A stretch of DNA of 64,000 nt from Macrostomum lignano. Lineage: Eukaryota. The stretch is from the NCBI GenBank assembly GCA_002269645.1, contig NIVC01001494.1, positions 124,001 to 188,000 on the forward strand. The letters run 5' to 3'. Made by a program: the position numbers and the translations under genes. A model generated the notes under the pieces. The model was not told the origin of the DNA. It made no database searches and saw only the letters and a program-made list of their open reading frames with translations. This document shows positions 1 through 13,304 of this stretch, in pieces. Each line of letters starts with the position of its first letter. The stretch's first letter is position 1.

Positions 1-164
1 GCGGGTGTTTGGAGATGCTGCAGCTCTGGTGCTCTTTTAGCTAAAAAATATGCGAGCTTGCGCTGGGACTGCTCGATTTTTTAAAAGGAAAGATGATGAT
101 GGGAATCTGGGATTGCAATGCTGGAAATAATGTTTTCTTTCAAATACTCCTTGATTATGATGAG

Positions 165-822
165 GGAATCTGGGATCCAAATGATGGGATCTGGATCCAA
201 ATGATGGGATCGATCTAGATCCAAATGATGGGATCTGAATCCAAATGATGGAATAATCTGGGATCCAAATGATGGGATCTGGGATCCAAATGATGGGTTC
301 TGGGATCCAAATGATGGGATCTGGGATCCAAATGATGGGATCTGGGATCCAAATGATGGGATCTGGGATCCAAATGATGGAATAATCTGGGATCCAAATG
401 ATGGGATCTGGGATCCAAATGATGGAATAATCTGGGATCCAAATGATGGGATCTGGGATCCAAATGATGGAATAATCTGGGATCCAAATGATGGGATCTG
501 GGATCCAAATGATGGAATAATCTGGGATCCAAATGATGGGATCTGGGATCCAAATGATGGGATCTGGGATCCAAATGATGGGATCTGGGGTCCAAATGAT
601 GGAATAATCTGGGATCCAAATGATGGGTTCTGGGATCCAAATGATGGGATCTGGGGTCCAAATGATGGAATAATCTGGGATCCAAATGATGGAATAATCT
701 GGGATCCAAATGATGGGTTCTGGGATCCAAATGATGGGATCTGGGATCCAAATGATGGAATAATCTGGGATCCAAATGATGGGATCTAGGATCCAAATGA
801 TGGGATCTGGATCCAAATGATG
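165..822. repeat. 21-24-bp minisatellite GGGATCCAAATGAT(GGGATCT/GGAATAATCT) in an Rh intron
   Basis: Direct tandem copies. Confidence 0.95.
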
Positions 823-982
823 GTAGGTTAAATCAATTTAATTAGTGGATCTGGAAAAAAGATGATTTAGGTGCCGAAGCCGGATGGGGATCTGGAATAA
901 AGACAATCGGGATCTGGGATAAAGGTAAACAGAATGACCGAAGTGCACATAAAGACTGTTGCCATGGCAAGCAGCACCTCAC

Positions 983-3900
983 CCGTTCCCATAGTCATCG
1001 AGGCTGGCCGAAGCGGAGTAGATGATGCCCAGGAGGCCGGCCAGCAGACCGGGCATGCCGTGCAGGTTGTTGACCCCGCACGTGTCCAGGATGTTGGCGG
1101 CGCGCAGCTTTTTCTGCAGATTTTGCGGAAAGGAACTGCCTGAGCTACTGACAGTAGGCTGTGGTAGGTTTGCTTCTGTTAGGCAAATGATAGAAAAAGA
1201 CAGATCCCAGCACGAATTCCCAGAAATTAAATCCCAGATCCCAAATCCCAGATCCCAAATCCCAGATCCCAAATCCCAGATCCAAAATCCCAGATCCCAC
1301 CTGCAAAACCCGCATACCAATTCTTGACTCCCATCCCAAGTCACACATCTCAAACCTCATATCCCCATAACGGGATACCCAATCTCAAATCTTAAATCCC
1401 AGGTTCCAAATCCCAGATCCAAAATCCCAGATCGCAACTCCCAGATCCCAAATCCCAGATCCCAAATCCCAGATCCCAAATCCCAGATCCCAAATCCCAG
1501 ATCCCAAATCCCAGATCCCAAATCCCAGATTCTAATCTCAATCTTCCTATTGCATCAACCCCCCGCAGGCAGGTGAGCAGTGCTCACGCCAGGTGCTCAC
1601 AGCAATCACAGCGTAGCCAAACACGCTGAGCAGGCCGGCCAAGCAACCGATGATCAGAGCTCCGTACGGCCGGATCATCATGTCGGCGACTGTCCCGACG
1701 GCCACCCCGCCGGCCAGCGTGGCGTTCTGAATGTGACTCATCTCGAACTTGCCCTTCTCGAAGAGGGCGGAGGCGGCGTAGGCCACGACGGTGCAGGCGG
1801 CCAGGGACAGGTAGGTGTTGATCACCGCCCGGTGCTTGTCGTCTCCCGAGGCCAGGCCGGCGTTGAAACTCGGCCAGTACAGCCACAGAAAGATGGTGCC
1901 TGCGGGAGTGAGTGAGTGAGTGAGTGAGTGAGTGAGTGAGTGAGTGAGTGAGTGAGTGAGTGAGTGTGTGAGTGAGTGAGTGAGTGAGTGAGTGAGTGAG
2001 TGAGTGAGTGAGTGAGTGAGTGAGTGAGTGAGTGAGTGAGTGAGTGAGTGAGTGAGTGAGTGAGTGATCTCAGCTCACCGATCATGGCAAACAGGTCGCT
2101 GCTGTAGCCCGAATGGTCGTTGCTGTTCTTGCCGTCGCCCGGCGCGGTCAGCGCCTTAGAGGCGGCGATGCCGAAGTAGGCGCCGAACACGTGGACAAAC
2201 ATGCTGCCGCCCATGTCCGCGGCCTGGGGATTTTATTGAGATTTGTCAGCGGAACGAGCCTTGACTGCCGCCTCCCCACAGGCTTCCGGCCGATTGTCGC
2301 CATGATCGCCCAGAACCCCCCCCCGCGAACTGAGCAGCGCATTGCTGATGAATCGCTCAGGTGCAACCCTTCATACCTTGAATATGTATAGGCCAACATA
2401 TTCGTTAGCAACAAAGATGGGGATCTCGACAAGCGACAGCACGAGACACTGCAGTGGCGACAGCCGGCCCAGCATCGCGCCGAAGGAAATCAGCACGGCG
2501 GCGCAAGCGAAGTCGGCAGCCAGCAGTCTGGAGGATTTCGAAGGGGGTATTTTGATGGCTGCAGTGATTATGCCTGCTACACTACTCATAACTGGATAGT
2601 AGAGTAGTGCGAACTAATTTTTTCATGCAAATTTAATAACCCTAACCCTAACCATAACCCTGACTCATTTCAGCCACGTCTGGGTCACAGCTCACCCCTG
2701 AATATCGATGCTGAACTTGGCATCCTTCAGGTGGAAGAACCCGTTCACCAGCATGCCCCACTGGATGACCAGCGCGGAGATGAGCATGTTGAGGCCTACG
2801 CTGCAGAAGCCGTACCACTTCAGGAAGGTCATGAGGAACCCGAAGCCGGCGAATATCATCACGTGGACGTCCTGAAACACTGGAAGTTTTATATGGCAGA
2901 CTATCATATGGAGGTTATTGAGGAGTGACTAGAGATAGGGCGACCAGACTACCGGGGAGGTAACCAGACTACCGGGGAGGTGACCAGACTACCGGGGAGG
3001 TAACCAGACTACCGGGGAGGTGACCAGACTACCGGGGAGGAGACCAGACTACCGGGGAGGAGACCAGACTACCGGGGAGGTGACCAGACTACCGGGGAGG
3101 TGACCAGACTACCGGGGAGGTGACTAGACTACCGGGGAGGAGACCAGACTACCGGGGAGGTGACCAGACTACCGGGGAGGAGACCAGACTACCGGGGAGG
3201 AGACCAGACTACCGGGGAGGTGACCAGACTACCGGGGAGGTGACCAGACTACCGGGGAGGTGACCAGACTACCGGGGAGATGACCAGACTACCGGGGAGA
3301 TAATCAGACTACCGGGGAGGTGACCAGACTACCGGGGAGGTGACCAGACTACCGGGGAGGTGACCAGACTACCGGGGAGATAATCAGACTACCGGGGAGA
3401 TGACCAGACTACCGGGGAGGAGACCAGACTACCAGGGAGGAGACCAGACTATGACCAGACTACCGGGGAGGTGACCAGACTACCGGGGAGGAGACCAGAC
3501 TACCGGGGAGGTGACCAGACTACCGGGGAGGAGACCAGACTACCGGGGAGGTGACCAGACTACCGGGGAGGTGACCAGACTACCGGGGAGGAGACCAGAC
3601 TACCGGGGAGGTGACCAGACTACCGGGGAGGTGACCAGACTACCGGGGAGGTGACCAGACTACCGGGGAGATGATCAGACTACCGGGGAGGAGACCAGAC
3701 TACCGGGGAAGTGACCAGACTACCGGGGAGATGATCAGACTACCGGGGAGATGACCAGACTACCGGGGAGGAGACCAGACTACCAGGGAGGTAACCAGAC
3801 TACCGGGGAGGTGACCAGACTACCGGGGAGGTGACCAGACTACGGGGGAAGTGACCAGACTACCGGGGAGATGATCAGACTACCGGGGAGGTGACCAGAC

Positions 3901-4150
3901 TACCGAGGAAGCGACAACGTCGCATTAAATCCCATCAATCCAGCCCTCAGAGCCCCGTGCGCTCACTCGGGTAGTTCGGTCCCAGGCTGTTCTCAGTGCC
4001 CACCTCCGCCGGTCTGAGCCGTCCGGTTGCGTTGCCCCACAGCCCGGCGTCCGCCTGCTCGTCGTACTTGGCGAATGCGGCAAACAGCGCCACAAAAAGC
4101 GCCTGCAGGGCCAGCGCCACGGCGCCGAATTTTGCGTTACCGAATTCCAT
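983..4150 (-). CDS. Rh50: Rh-family (Amt/Mep/Rh) ammonium transporter, RhAG/RhBG/RhCG-like; 3' exons outside window
   Basis: Exons 4150-3967, 2879-2696, 2527-2377, 2223-2079, 1899-1601 and 1113-983 have GT-AG ends and compatible phases. The spliced product contains the Rh motifs [87 protein letters not shown] and [13 protein letters not shown]. Both pore His residues are kept. Confidence 0.96.
1203..1530. repeat. Interrupted 14-bp minisatellite CCCAGATCCCAAAT in an Rh intron
   Basis: Two tandem blocks. Confidence 0.9.
1907..2066. repeat. (GAGT)n microsatellite filling a 179-nt Rh intron
   Basis: About 40 units between the donor at 2078 and the acceptor at 1900. Confidence 0.97.
2942..3908. 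repeat. 20-bp minisatellite GACCAGACTACCGGGGAGGT in an Rh intron
   Basis: About 48 tandem copies. Confidence 0.97.
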
Positions 4151-4699
4151 CGTTGCTGCCGCGCTGCCGGGGCTCTGCGGTAAAAATGCGAACGCTGGCT
4201 TACAGAACTGCACTGGCAAGAGGCTGACAGACAAAAATGCGGGCTAAGCTGATTTTATGCAAAAGTCACTGGCCCGCTGGGGCGCCCGGTCGCCCACCTC
4301 CTGCACAGGCGTACAAACCCAGGGCCTTGACATTTACTGCTCTGTCTGCCCTCAACACCCTTGGCCTGCAGGTCTTTGCTTGGCTTTCAGGTTGACTTTG
4401 ACTTTTTTCGCTCTGTCTCAATGCTTTTGCGCTACAAAGCAGCCAGCGGGCCTGTCGCTGCTCTGGAGCGCGCCACACCCCAATTTTTGACACACCTCCG
4501 AGCACCTGACCTGCTGCTTGCTCCAATACAGATAGCAGTGCGTTGCAACATGCAAAACGGTGGGAATGATGGAGATTGTTTGGCGCTGACCGAAGAAGTA
4601 AAGCCACTTTTAGCTCGAATTGTACTCGTAAATAATTACTGGCAAGAGGGTGAATTTGACCGGAGCTGTGTCCAGTCACGAAGGGAACAAAGGGGAAGA

Positions 4700-5075
4700 A
4701 AGGACAGGGGAGATGAAAGGATAGAGGGGAGAGAGCGAAGAGAGGGAAGAGAGGGGCGAGGTGGGAGAGAGAGGAGAGAAGGAAGAGAGGGGAGAGAGGG
4801 GAGAGAGGGGAGAGATGGGAGAGAGAGGAGAGAAGGAAGAGAAGGAAAAGAGGAAAGAGAGGGAAGAGAAAGGGGAGAGAGAAGGAAGAGAGAGGAGAGA
4901 GAGGAGAGAGGGAAGAGAGGGGAGAGAGGGGAGAGAGGGGGGAGATGGGAGAGAGAGGAGAGAAGGAAGAGAGTGAAGAGAGGGAAGAGAGGGGAGAGAG
5001 TGAAGCGATAGAAGAGAGGGAAGAGAGGGAAGAGAGGAAAGAGAGGAAAGAGAGGAGAGAAGAGAGAAAATAGAG
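4700..5075. repeat. GA-rich low-complexity repeat
   Basis: Degenerate GAGAGGG/GAAGA units. Confidence 0.9.
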
Positions 5076-5764
5076 GTAGAGTGGGGAGAGGCAGAGAGGT
5101 GGAGCAGAGAGATATGAAATCGAAGAGCACTGAGCAAATAATTGAAGAGATGGCAGAAGCAGATAAGTTTGCAGCTAATTTGATCAGCTCTAAAAGCTCT
5201 CCCTCTACTCAAAACTCCCAGGGCCAAGGCGGAACCGGTCAGGTGGCCGCAGCAACTGCTCTGCAGTCGGGGCCACCGCTATCTCTGTTTTCTGTCTTGT
5301 AGTTTTTCAGCTGGACTTTATCAGAAGATTTTGTGCAAACTGAAATCTAAAGAAGCGCTTTATTGCTTTCGCAATAAAAGCAACAGCGAGGCTCCCTTGC
5401 TGATAGCTGCTTCTGGGGAGCTCCGAAAACTTTGCAGCACGCATGCTGGTTAAGACAACAAAGAGGGTATTATAAGCGTTGAAATATTGACATTTGACAT
5501 CGGGGCAAAGCGGTGGATTAAGCGGAGAGGGGCACAGCTGATCCTTCCGGGCAGATCCCCCACAAGAAGAAAAAGCAAGGCAGTTCTTTAAGCCTGAGTG
5601 GCAGCGGGGCTGCACGGGAACTGCACGCAAGGGCGGCTCTGGCTGCTTGGATCCGGCTTTCGGGCTGACTGGAAAGACAGGCTGAGACTGAGTTGCTGTT
5701 CACCTGGCCTTGTGCCGCCGCTTGTGGTGGGCCAGCACAGACTTTTGTATTCTGTTTCTTCCTG

Positions 5765-6930
5765 GATTGTTTGAGTCATGGGCTGTTTGAGTCACGGTTT
5801 GAGTCATGGATTGTTTAAGTCATGGATTGTTTGAGCTATGGGCTGTTTGAGTCATGGACTGTTTGAGTCATGGGCTGTTTGAGTCATGGGCTGTTTGAGT
5901 CATGGGCTGTTTGAGTCATGGACAGTTTGAGTCATGGATTGTTTGAGTCATGGATTGTTTGAGTCATGGATTGTTTGAGCCATGGGCTGTTTGAGTCATG
6001 GATTGTTTGAGTCATGGGCTGTTTAAGTCATGGACTGTTTGAGTCATGGATTGTTTGAGTCATGGATTGTTTGAGTCATGGATTGTTTGAGTCATGGACT
6101 GTTTGAGTCATGGGCTGTTTTAGTCGTGGATTGTTTGAGTCATGGGCTGTTTGAGTCATGGACTGTTTGAGTCATGGATTGTTTGAGTCATGGACTGTTT
6201 GAGTCATGGATTGTTTGAGTCATGGATTGTTTGAGCCTTGGATTGTTTGAGTCACGGATTGTTTGAGTCATGGACTGTTTGAGTCATGGACTGTTTGAGT
6301 CATGGGCTGTTTGAGTCATGGACTGTTTGAGTCATGGGCTGTTTGAGTCATGGGCTGTTTGAGTCATGGACAGTTTGAGTCATGGATTGTTTGAGTCATG
6401 ACTGTTTGAGTCATGGGCTGTTTGAGTCATGGACTGTTTGAGTCATGGACTGTTTGAGTCATGGACTGTTTGAGTCATGGGCTGTTTGAGTCATGGGCTG
6501 TTTGAGTCATGGACTGTTTGAGTCATGGATTGTTTGAGTCATGGGCTGTTTGAGTCATGGATTGTTTGAGTCATGGACTGTTTGAGTCATGGACTGTTTG
6601 AGTCATGGGCTGTTTGAGTCATGGACTGTTTGAGTCATGGGCTGTTTGAGTCATGGGCTGTTTGAGTCATGGACAGTTTGAGTCATGGATTGTTTGAGTC
6701 ATGACTGTTTGAGTCATGGGCTGTTTGAGTCATGGACTGTTTGAGTCATGGACTGTTTGAGTCATGGACTGTTTGAGTCATGGGCTGTTTGAGTCATGGG
6801 CTGTTTGAGTCATGGACTGTTTGAGTCATGGATTGTTTGAGTCATGGGCTGTTTGAGTCATGGATTGTTTGAGTCATGGACTGTTTGAGTCATGGACGGT
6901 TTGAGTCATGGACGGTTTGAGTCATGGGCT
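5765..6930. repeat. 16-bp minisatellite TGTTTGAGTCATGGAC (AP-1 motif in most units)
   Basis: About 70 tandem copies. Confidence 0.97.
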
Positions 6931-7331
6931 GTCATAGGCATCCTTCATAACGAAGCTGCTCTAATTTACAAAAAAATTATGAGTTTCTTTTCAAAAAAAG
7001 ATCACAAAACCCGAGCAGGCTACTGGAGCAGTAGTGCTGCTCATACAGTGTTAAAATTTGTGCAGAATTTCGGTCTCAGCTCTCGGGTTTAAGGAAGAGG
7101 GCGAGAAGAAAAGAGGAGGCTGATGGGAGATGGCCGGAGGAAAGGGAGGGCATCGCTGAGCAAACAAAAAGCTTAGAAATGAGGGCGGAAATCTAAAGAA
7201 ATGCGCTGATTGCACTGAATAGAGGTGGGGCTGAGTCTTCCTGCTGGCATTCATCACTGGAGCGCCTTTGCTTGGATTGAAGAGCCTTTGAAAGAGAATT
7301 GCGACATTGAAGCATTGCACCATTAGGCAGG

Positions 7332-7750
7332 ATACCCGCCATCCATCAAGAAGATACCCGCCATCCATCAAGAAGATACCCGCCATCCATTAAGAAGATA
7401 CCCGCCATCCATTAAAAAGATACCCGCCATCCATTAAGAAGATACCCGCCATTCATTAAGAAGATACCCGCCATCCATTAAGAAGATACCCGCCATTCAT
7501 TAAGAAGATACCCGCCATCCATTAAGAAGATACCCGCCATCCATCAAGAAGATACCCGCCATCCATTAAGAAGATACCCGCCATCCATCAAGAAGATACC
7601 CGCCATCCATCAAGAAGATACCCGCCATCCATCAAGAAGATACCCGCCATCCATCAAGAAGATACCCGCCATCCATCAAGAAGATACCCGCCATCCATCA
7701 AGAAGATACCCGCCATCCATCAAGAAGATACCCGCCATCCATCAAGAAGA
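7332..7750. repeat. 22-bp minisatellite CCGCCATCCATCAAGAAGATAC
   Basis: About 19 copies. Confidence 0.95.
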
Positions 7751-8566
7751 GGAATTAATTCTGATGCTAAAGAAATCCCCTGATAATTAGTTGATGTTTG
7801 CGGCCGCGCTGAGGTCTCACTTAAAAAATTGGGCAGTAAAAGTGCGCCCACGAGCGGCATTGTTTGCTTTCATCTCTGCCGCTTTGAGACTGGCCGCTTC
7901 AAAGGCAGAAGCCTCCCTTTGAAAGATAAAGTAGAGGGAGGGATGAGGGGCAGCGCAGGCCGGTCCGCAGTGGTGGGAGCATCCTCGGCAGCAGAATATT
8001 TTTAATATACCATTGGTTTTTCTGACTCCGGCTTATCTGCCAGGCCTCCCCATTGTTTACCCAAGGCCAAGCTGCGAGCTCGGGACCCACCAGGCCATGA
8101 CTGCCGCATCCCAGCAGAAGTTGCCAGATAGCATATCCATCGAGATGCACTGGGGTGGGGGGGGCAATCCCGAGCCAGGGAGATCCCCGAACCGGAGTCT
8201 GGAGCAGTAAGTCTCCGCCAACTCTTCACGATGAGTCATCAAAAACTTATTCAAATAGAAGAAGAGCGGCTGGACTCGCACCCATGAGGGCCAACCCTCA
8301 AGGCACAGAAGTGCACCTGCGTGACGATGGAACTACCTGCCTGGTTGCGGGATGATGTCGCCGAAGGCCTGCGAAGATTTCCTACGAAACGAAGTTCCCT
8401 GTTCTAGTTGACACAGACAGCGGCTTTCTGCCTATCATTGAGTTCTGCCCAGTTCAGCGTCTGAAAATGAAACTGGGGGAAGGCCCGCCACTCCGCACCC
8501 TCGTTCAAGGACTCCTTGACCCGGCCACCCCCGGCCGCCCCGGCCAAGCCCCGGACAAAAACTTAC

Positions 8567-8682
8567 CAAAGTCACGCGCAGCGGCTGAGCTCGGATCGCC
8601 AGTGACATCGTAGGTCAAGAGAGCCGCAGACCGGGCGCAACTCGCTGATCACTGAGTGAGGGAAGTCGGATCGCATTTTATA
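8567..8682 (-). promoter_or_regulatory. TATA+Inr core promoter and short non-coding first exon, probably of the Rh gene
   Basis: Minus strand: TATAAAA at 8682-8676, Inr-like TCAGT with its A at 8653 (29 nt after the first T of the TATA box), and a perfect donor G|GTAAGT after 8567. The first Rh coding exon has an acceptor (tttttaccgcag) ending at 4175. Confidence 0.55.
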
Positions 8683-9297
8683 ATCAGTTCGGACTCGAAG
8701 GTGGAAAATCCCCCCCCCCCAATTCCCCAAGGTGCACATCGGCAATATTCGAATTCGATTGCCCTGTTCCACCTTGGCTGGGCGAGGCCCCGCACTCCGC
8801 TCTAAGTGCTTAGTCTGGTTGCCGGGGGCGGTGGGAGGGCGGAACTCGCCTGCCAGCAGCTGCACGGGCTGAGTGCTCTGCTGCTGCTTTAGCCTTGGCT
8901 GAGCTGATCCCAGATGAGGCGGAGATGGAGGCTGGGTAATGCGGGAAGGGGCTGCAACTCGACCCCGCAGCAGCGGCAGCAGCAATTTTGCGCCTGAAGA
9001 CCTCAGAGACGCGCGAGTGATCGGGACGGGGGGTCACCCGCTTGCCAGGCAGCTTGATGAGGCTTCATCTCGCGCCCAGACTCCTTCCCTACGCCCTGGC
9101 TCACCTTGGCACGCCATGCTTGTCACGGCGGCTTTTTGATACTCAATGCCACTTCGGGCTGCCCGGGCATCGCGTGACGCCCCGGCTTCTCCGGGAGACG
9201 CTCGGCTGGCAGCCCCCCCCCCACCCAGATTTTACCGAGCCTGCCTGTCTTTCAGTTGCGCCACTTTCTGCAGCCCTGGCTTGCCTTCTGAAGCTCG

Positions 9298-10052
9298 CTT
9301 GAGGGAATCTTGCTTGAGGGAATCTTGCTTGAGGGAATCTTGCTTGAGGGAATCTTGCTTGAGGGAATCTTGTTTCAGGGAATCTTGCTTGAGGGAATCT
9401 TGTTTTAGGGAATCTTGCTTGAGGGAATCTTGTTTCAGGGAATCTTGCTTGAGGGAATCTTGCTTAAGGGAATCTTGCTTGAGGGAATCTTGTTTGAGGG
9501 AATCTTGCTTGAGGGAATCTTGTTTCAGGGAATCTTGCTTGAGGGAATCTTGTTTGAGGGAATCTTGCTTGAGGGAATCTTGTTTCAGGGAATCTTGCTT
9601 GAGGGAATCTTGCTAGAGGGAATCTTGCTTAAGGGAATCTTGCTTAAGGGAATCTTGCTTGAGGGAATCTTGTTTCAGGGAATCTTGCTTGAGGGAATCT
9701 TGCTTAAGGGAATCTTGCTTGAGGGAATCTTGCTTGAGGGAATCTTGTTTCAGGGAATCTTGCTTGAGGGAATCTTGCTTGAGGGAATCTTGCTTGAGGG
9801 AATCTTGCTTGAGGGAATCTTGCTTAAGGGAATCTTGCTTGAGGGAATCTTGTTTCAGGGAATCTTGCATGAGGGAATCTTGCTTGAGGGAATCTTGCTT
9901 GAAAAAATCTTTATCAGGAATCTTCTTGAGGAAATCTTCAAGGGAATCATGCTTGAGGGAATCTTGCTTGAGGGAATCTTGCTTGAAAAAATCTTTATCA
10001 GGAATCTTCTTGAGGAAATCTTCAAGGGAATCATGCTTGAGGGAATCTTCTT
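9298..10052. repeat. 15-bp minisatellite GAGGGAATCTTGCTT
   Basis: About 50 copies, degenerating at the right end. Confidence 0.96.
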
Positions 10053-10063
10053 AAGAAAATCTA

Positions 10064-10342
<279 letters not shown>

Positions 10343-11019
10343 GAACTGGTGGGCCATGAGCAGCGCAGGGATGGACAGAGGAGGGGCGCGCATTCAAATC
10401 GATTTATTCGCAACGCACAGGACGGAATCTGCAGGGTCAGAGAGCGCAGTTGAGCAGAGGGGGGGGGTTCTGCTCGAATTCCCCCGGCTGAGATCGAAGA
10501 TTAATTTGGCTTCGACGGCCGGGCGACCGGGAGGCGCGAGGCCCGGAACGGGAAACTTCTTTGACTTCTGGCCTCCCCTCTCGGCCCTCTCCGAACAGGA
10601 AAGCCGGGCCTGCTGCGCACTCAGGCTCGAATTTCCGTCTCAAATCTGAGGTTCGATATTTACGGGTGTTGTGCACTTTTGAGTAGAGCAGCCTCTGCCC
10701 TGGAGACCGGTGGCTAGACGGAAGGACTCACTGAGGCTTTCCATCAGGGCAGCTTACGCTCGTATGACAGCTTAGTGATTGATTGATTGACAGCCTGGTG
10801 TCAGCTGCAATAGGAAAAATATTTAGAGTCGTCCGAAAGAAATTTGGGAAATTGTGACTGTATTGGTTCTCAACTATTCCCCCCGAAGACACGCCCTCTT
10901 CCTCGTGCTGAATGCCCCCCCCCGAAAAAATTCCTGGTTGGGTGCAACACTGGATCTTTGCACGCACGAAGCACCCCTATTTTTCTAGATCCTATCAGTG
11001 TACATAGTATTGACTCATT

Positions 11020-12045
11020 GGCCCAGCAGTGTACAAAGACACAAGGGCCCAGCAATGTACATAGACACAAAGACACAATGTACATAGACACATACACAAG
11101 GGCCCAGCAATGTACATAGACAAAGACACAATGTACATAGACACATACACAAGGGCCCAGCAATGTACATAGACACAAAGGCTACCGGACATTTGCCCTC
11201 CGGCATTTGCCCTCCGGACATTTGCCCTCGAGGACATTTGCCCTCGGGGACATTTGTCCTCGGGGACATTTGCCCTCGGGGACATTTCCCCTCCGGACAT
11301 TTCCCCTCTGGAAAAGTACAGGTAAGGCTGGGGATAGGGTAGGGCGCGGGTATATATTGCTTACTAGAAAAGGATGAGTTGTTGGCTGGAGAAGAACCTG
11401 ATGGATGCAAGAGGCGGGAGGATGAGGTTGGTGCTGGAGGAACGACGGGTGGGTACAGGAGGAGGTGAGGTGAGTAATGTGCGAGGGGGTAAATTTGCAG
11501 AGGGCAAATGTGCGGAGGGGAAATGTCCGGAGGGCAAATGTCCGGAGGGCAAATGTCCGGAGGGCAAATGTCCCGAGGGCAAATGTCCCCGAGGGGAAAT
11601 GTCCGGAGGGCAAATGTCCGGAGGGGAAATGTCCCGGAGGGCAAATGTCCGGAGGGCAAACGCCGCCGAGGGGAAGTGCCGGAGGGCAAGTGCCAGAGGG
11701 GAAGTGCCGGAGGGCAAATGTCCGGAAGCGGACACAAAGACACAAGGGCCCAGCAATGTACATAGACACAAAGACACAATGTACATACATGTAGACACAT
11801 ACACAAGGGCCCAGCAATGTACATAGACACAAAGACACAATGTACATACATGTAGACACATACACAAGGGCCCAGCAATGTACATAGACACAAAGACACA
11901 AGGGCCCAGCAATGTACATAGACACAAAGACACAAGGGCCCAGCAATGTACATAGACACAAAGACACAAGGGCCCAGCAATGTACATAGACACAAGATTT
12001 CAGCAATGTACATAGACCCAAGAGCCCAGCAACGTGCATAGACCC
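11020..12045. repeat. About 34-bp minisatellite CAATGTACATAGACACAAAGACACAAGGGCCCAG, split by the foldback element
   Basis: The same unit occurs on both sides of 11180-11730. Confidence 0.93.
11180..11730. mobile_element. Non-autonomous foldback DNA transposon (MULE/foldback-like)
   Basis: The left arm has tandem GGACATTTGCCCTC repeats and the right arm their reverse complement GAGGGCAAATGTCC. Termini are GGCTACCGG / CCGGAAGCG, flanked by duplicated GACACAAA(G) (8-9 bp). Confidence 0.8.
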
Positions 12046-13304
12046 CAACTATCACGATAGATAATAATGCTTTTCACCTTTTATTGGTTTTACTAGCTTA
12101 CATCGGAGCCGAATCTCGGGACAAATGTGATGCAGAACACACAGATATTCAATCTTCTGCTGAGCCCCAGCCGAAGTGTGCTGGGATTTCACCTCAGAAT
12201 ACTACAGTATAGTCTTCATTCCCAAGCAGATCGAAATGATCCAAGGTGAGTTCGTGTGATTTGCACGGAGTGAAAAACGTGTCTTATTAATTTAATGCAT
12301 AACGTTACTGTAAAAAAATTAATTTGATCTTAAGAAGCCTCTGACTTCGTATTTCAAATTTCAAAGCGAGCTGGAGTCTCTACGTTTCTTAGATAAATTG
12401 TAAGGATTTGTTAATTTAGATTCAAAGCAAAGGCAGTAGAAAATCTCCGGCTTTAATTTTCGGCAAGCGCGCAAAGAGAGAACTGCGCTTGCCTTATTAT
12501 TCAGTCTCAGACTCTCTGCGTCATCAGCCACTTCTGGCCGGGACTTGAAAGCTTGGATCAAACAAAGAAGACTCAAACGAATTTAGACCCAGGTACAGAT
12601 AATGCCAGTCAACCAGACCGGACTCATAGCTCGTGAGCACCAAGTTATCAATAAATCAATAAGGTGTGAATTTGAATTGCGATTATTTTTTGTTTTATTC
12701 AACAAAAATATATATTAGAAAGTTATGAAAGTGATTCCCGGATATGTCAGGACTTAGAAATACTTGTTTTTGTGTACTTTTATTTTCAACCGCCGTGATA
12801 TATTTATCTATCCTGGGTAGAAAAACATAACTGATTTTTTATTACTGAAACTGGAATTAGCATCCAGCATCTGAGATGCGGCTGGGTTACTAGGGCCTAC
12901 AGACTAATCTTGGTCACAAATCTCTGCAGCACAGCTGAGCTCTGCTCCTGCTCTCACTTTGGCTGATTATCTAACTCACTGGCTGAGTCCACACGCCAGC
13001 TTTCCTTGCCTAATCCCCGGGTGTCTGGGGGAGACTGGGAATAGAGAGGCTGGGCGCCTCATCAGTCTGATTGCGCGCTGAGGCTGGGACTTGGACAGGA
13101 GTTGGCGCTGAACTTTTTTGGCACCCCGATGCGAGCTCTGACAGCGAGATTCGAGATTTGCTCTGGGGATTTGGGCTGGAGTGACGGGCGACACGCGGTG
13201 AGCATTTGCTCCTGCCGTTCATCAATACAATTTCCCCTTTAATCAGTTGGTTTGTTAATGGGATTGAACAACACTGATCTGAGCGGATCCGATCTGAGGT
13301 GAGA

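Noticed and set aside
12061-12250. Signal-peptide-like frame (AFHLLLVLLAYIGAES) and a GTGAGT donor
   Set aside because: There is no in-frame ATG, the frame stops before the donor, and there is no supporting exon.
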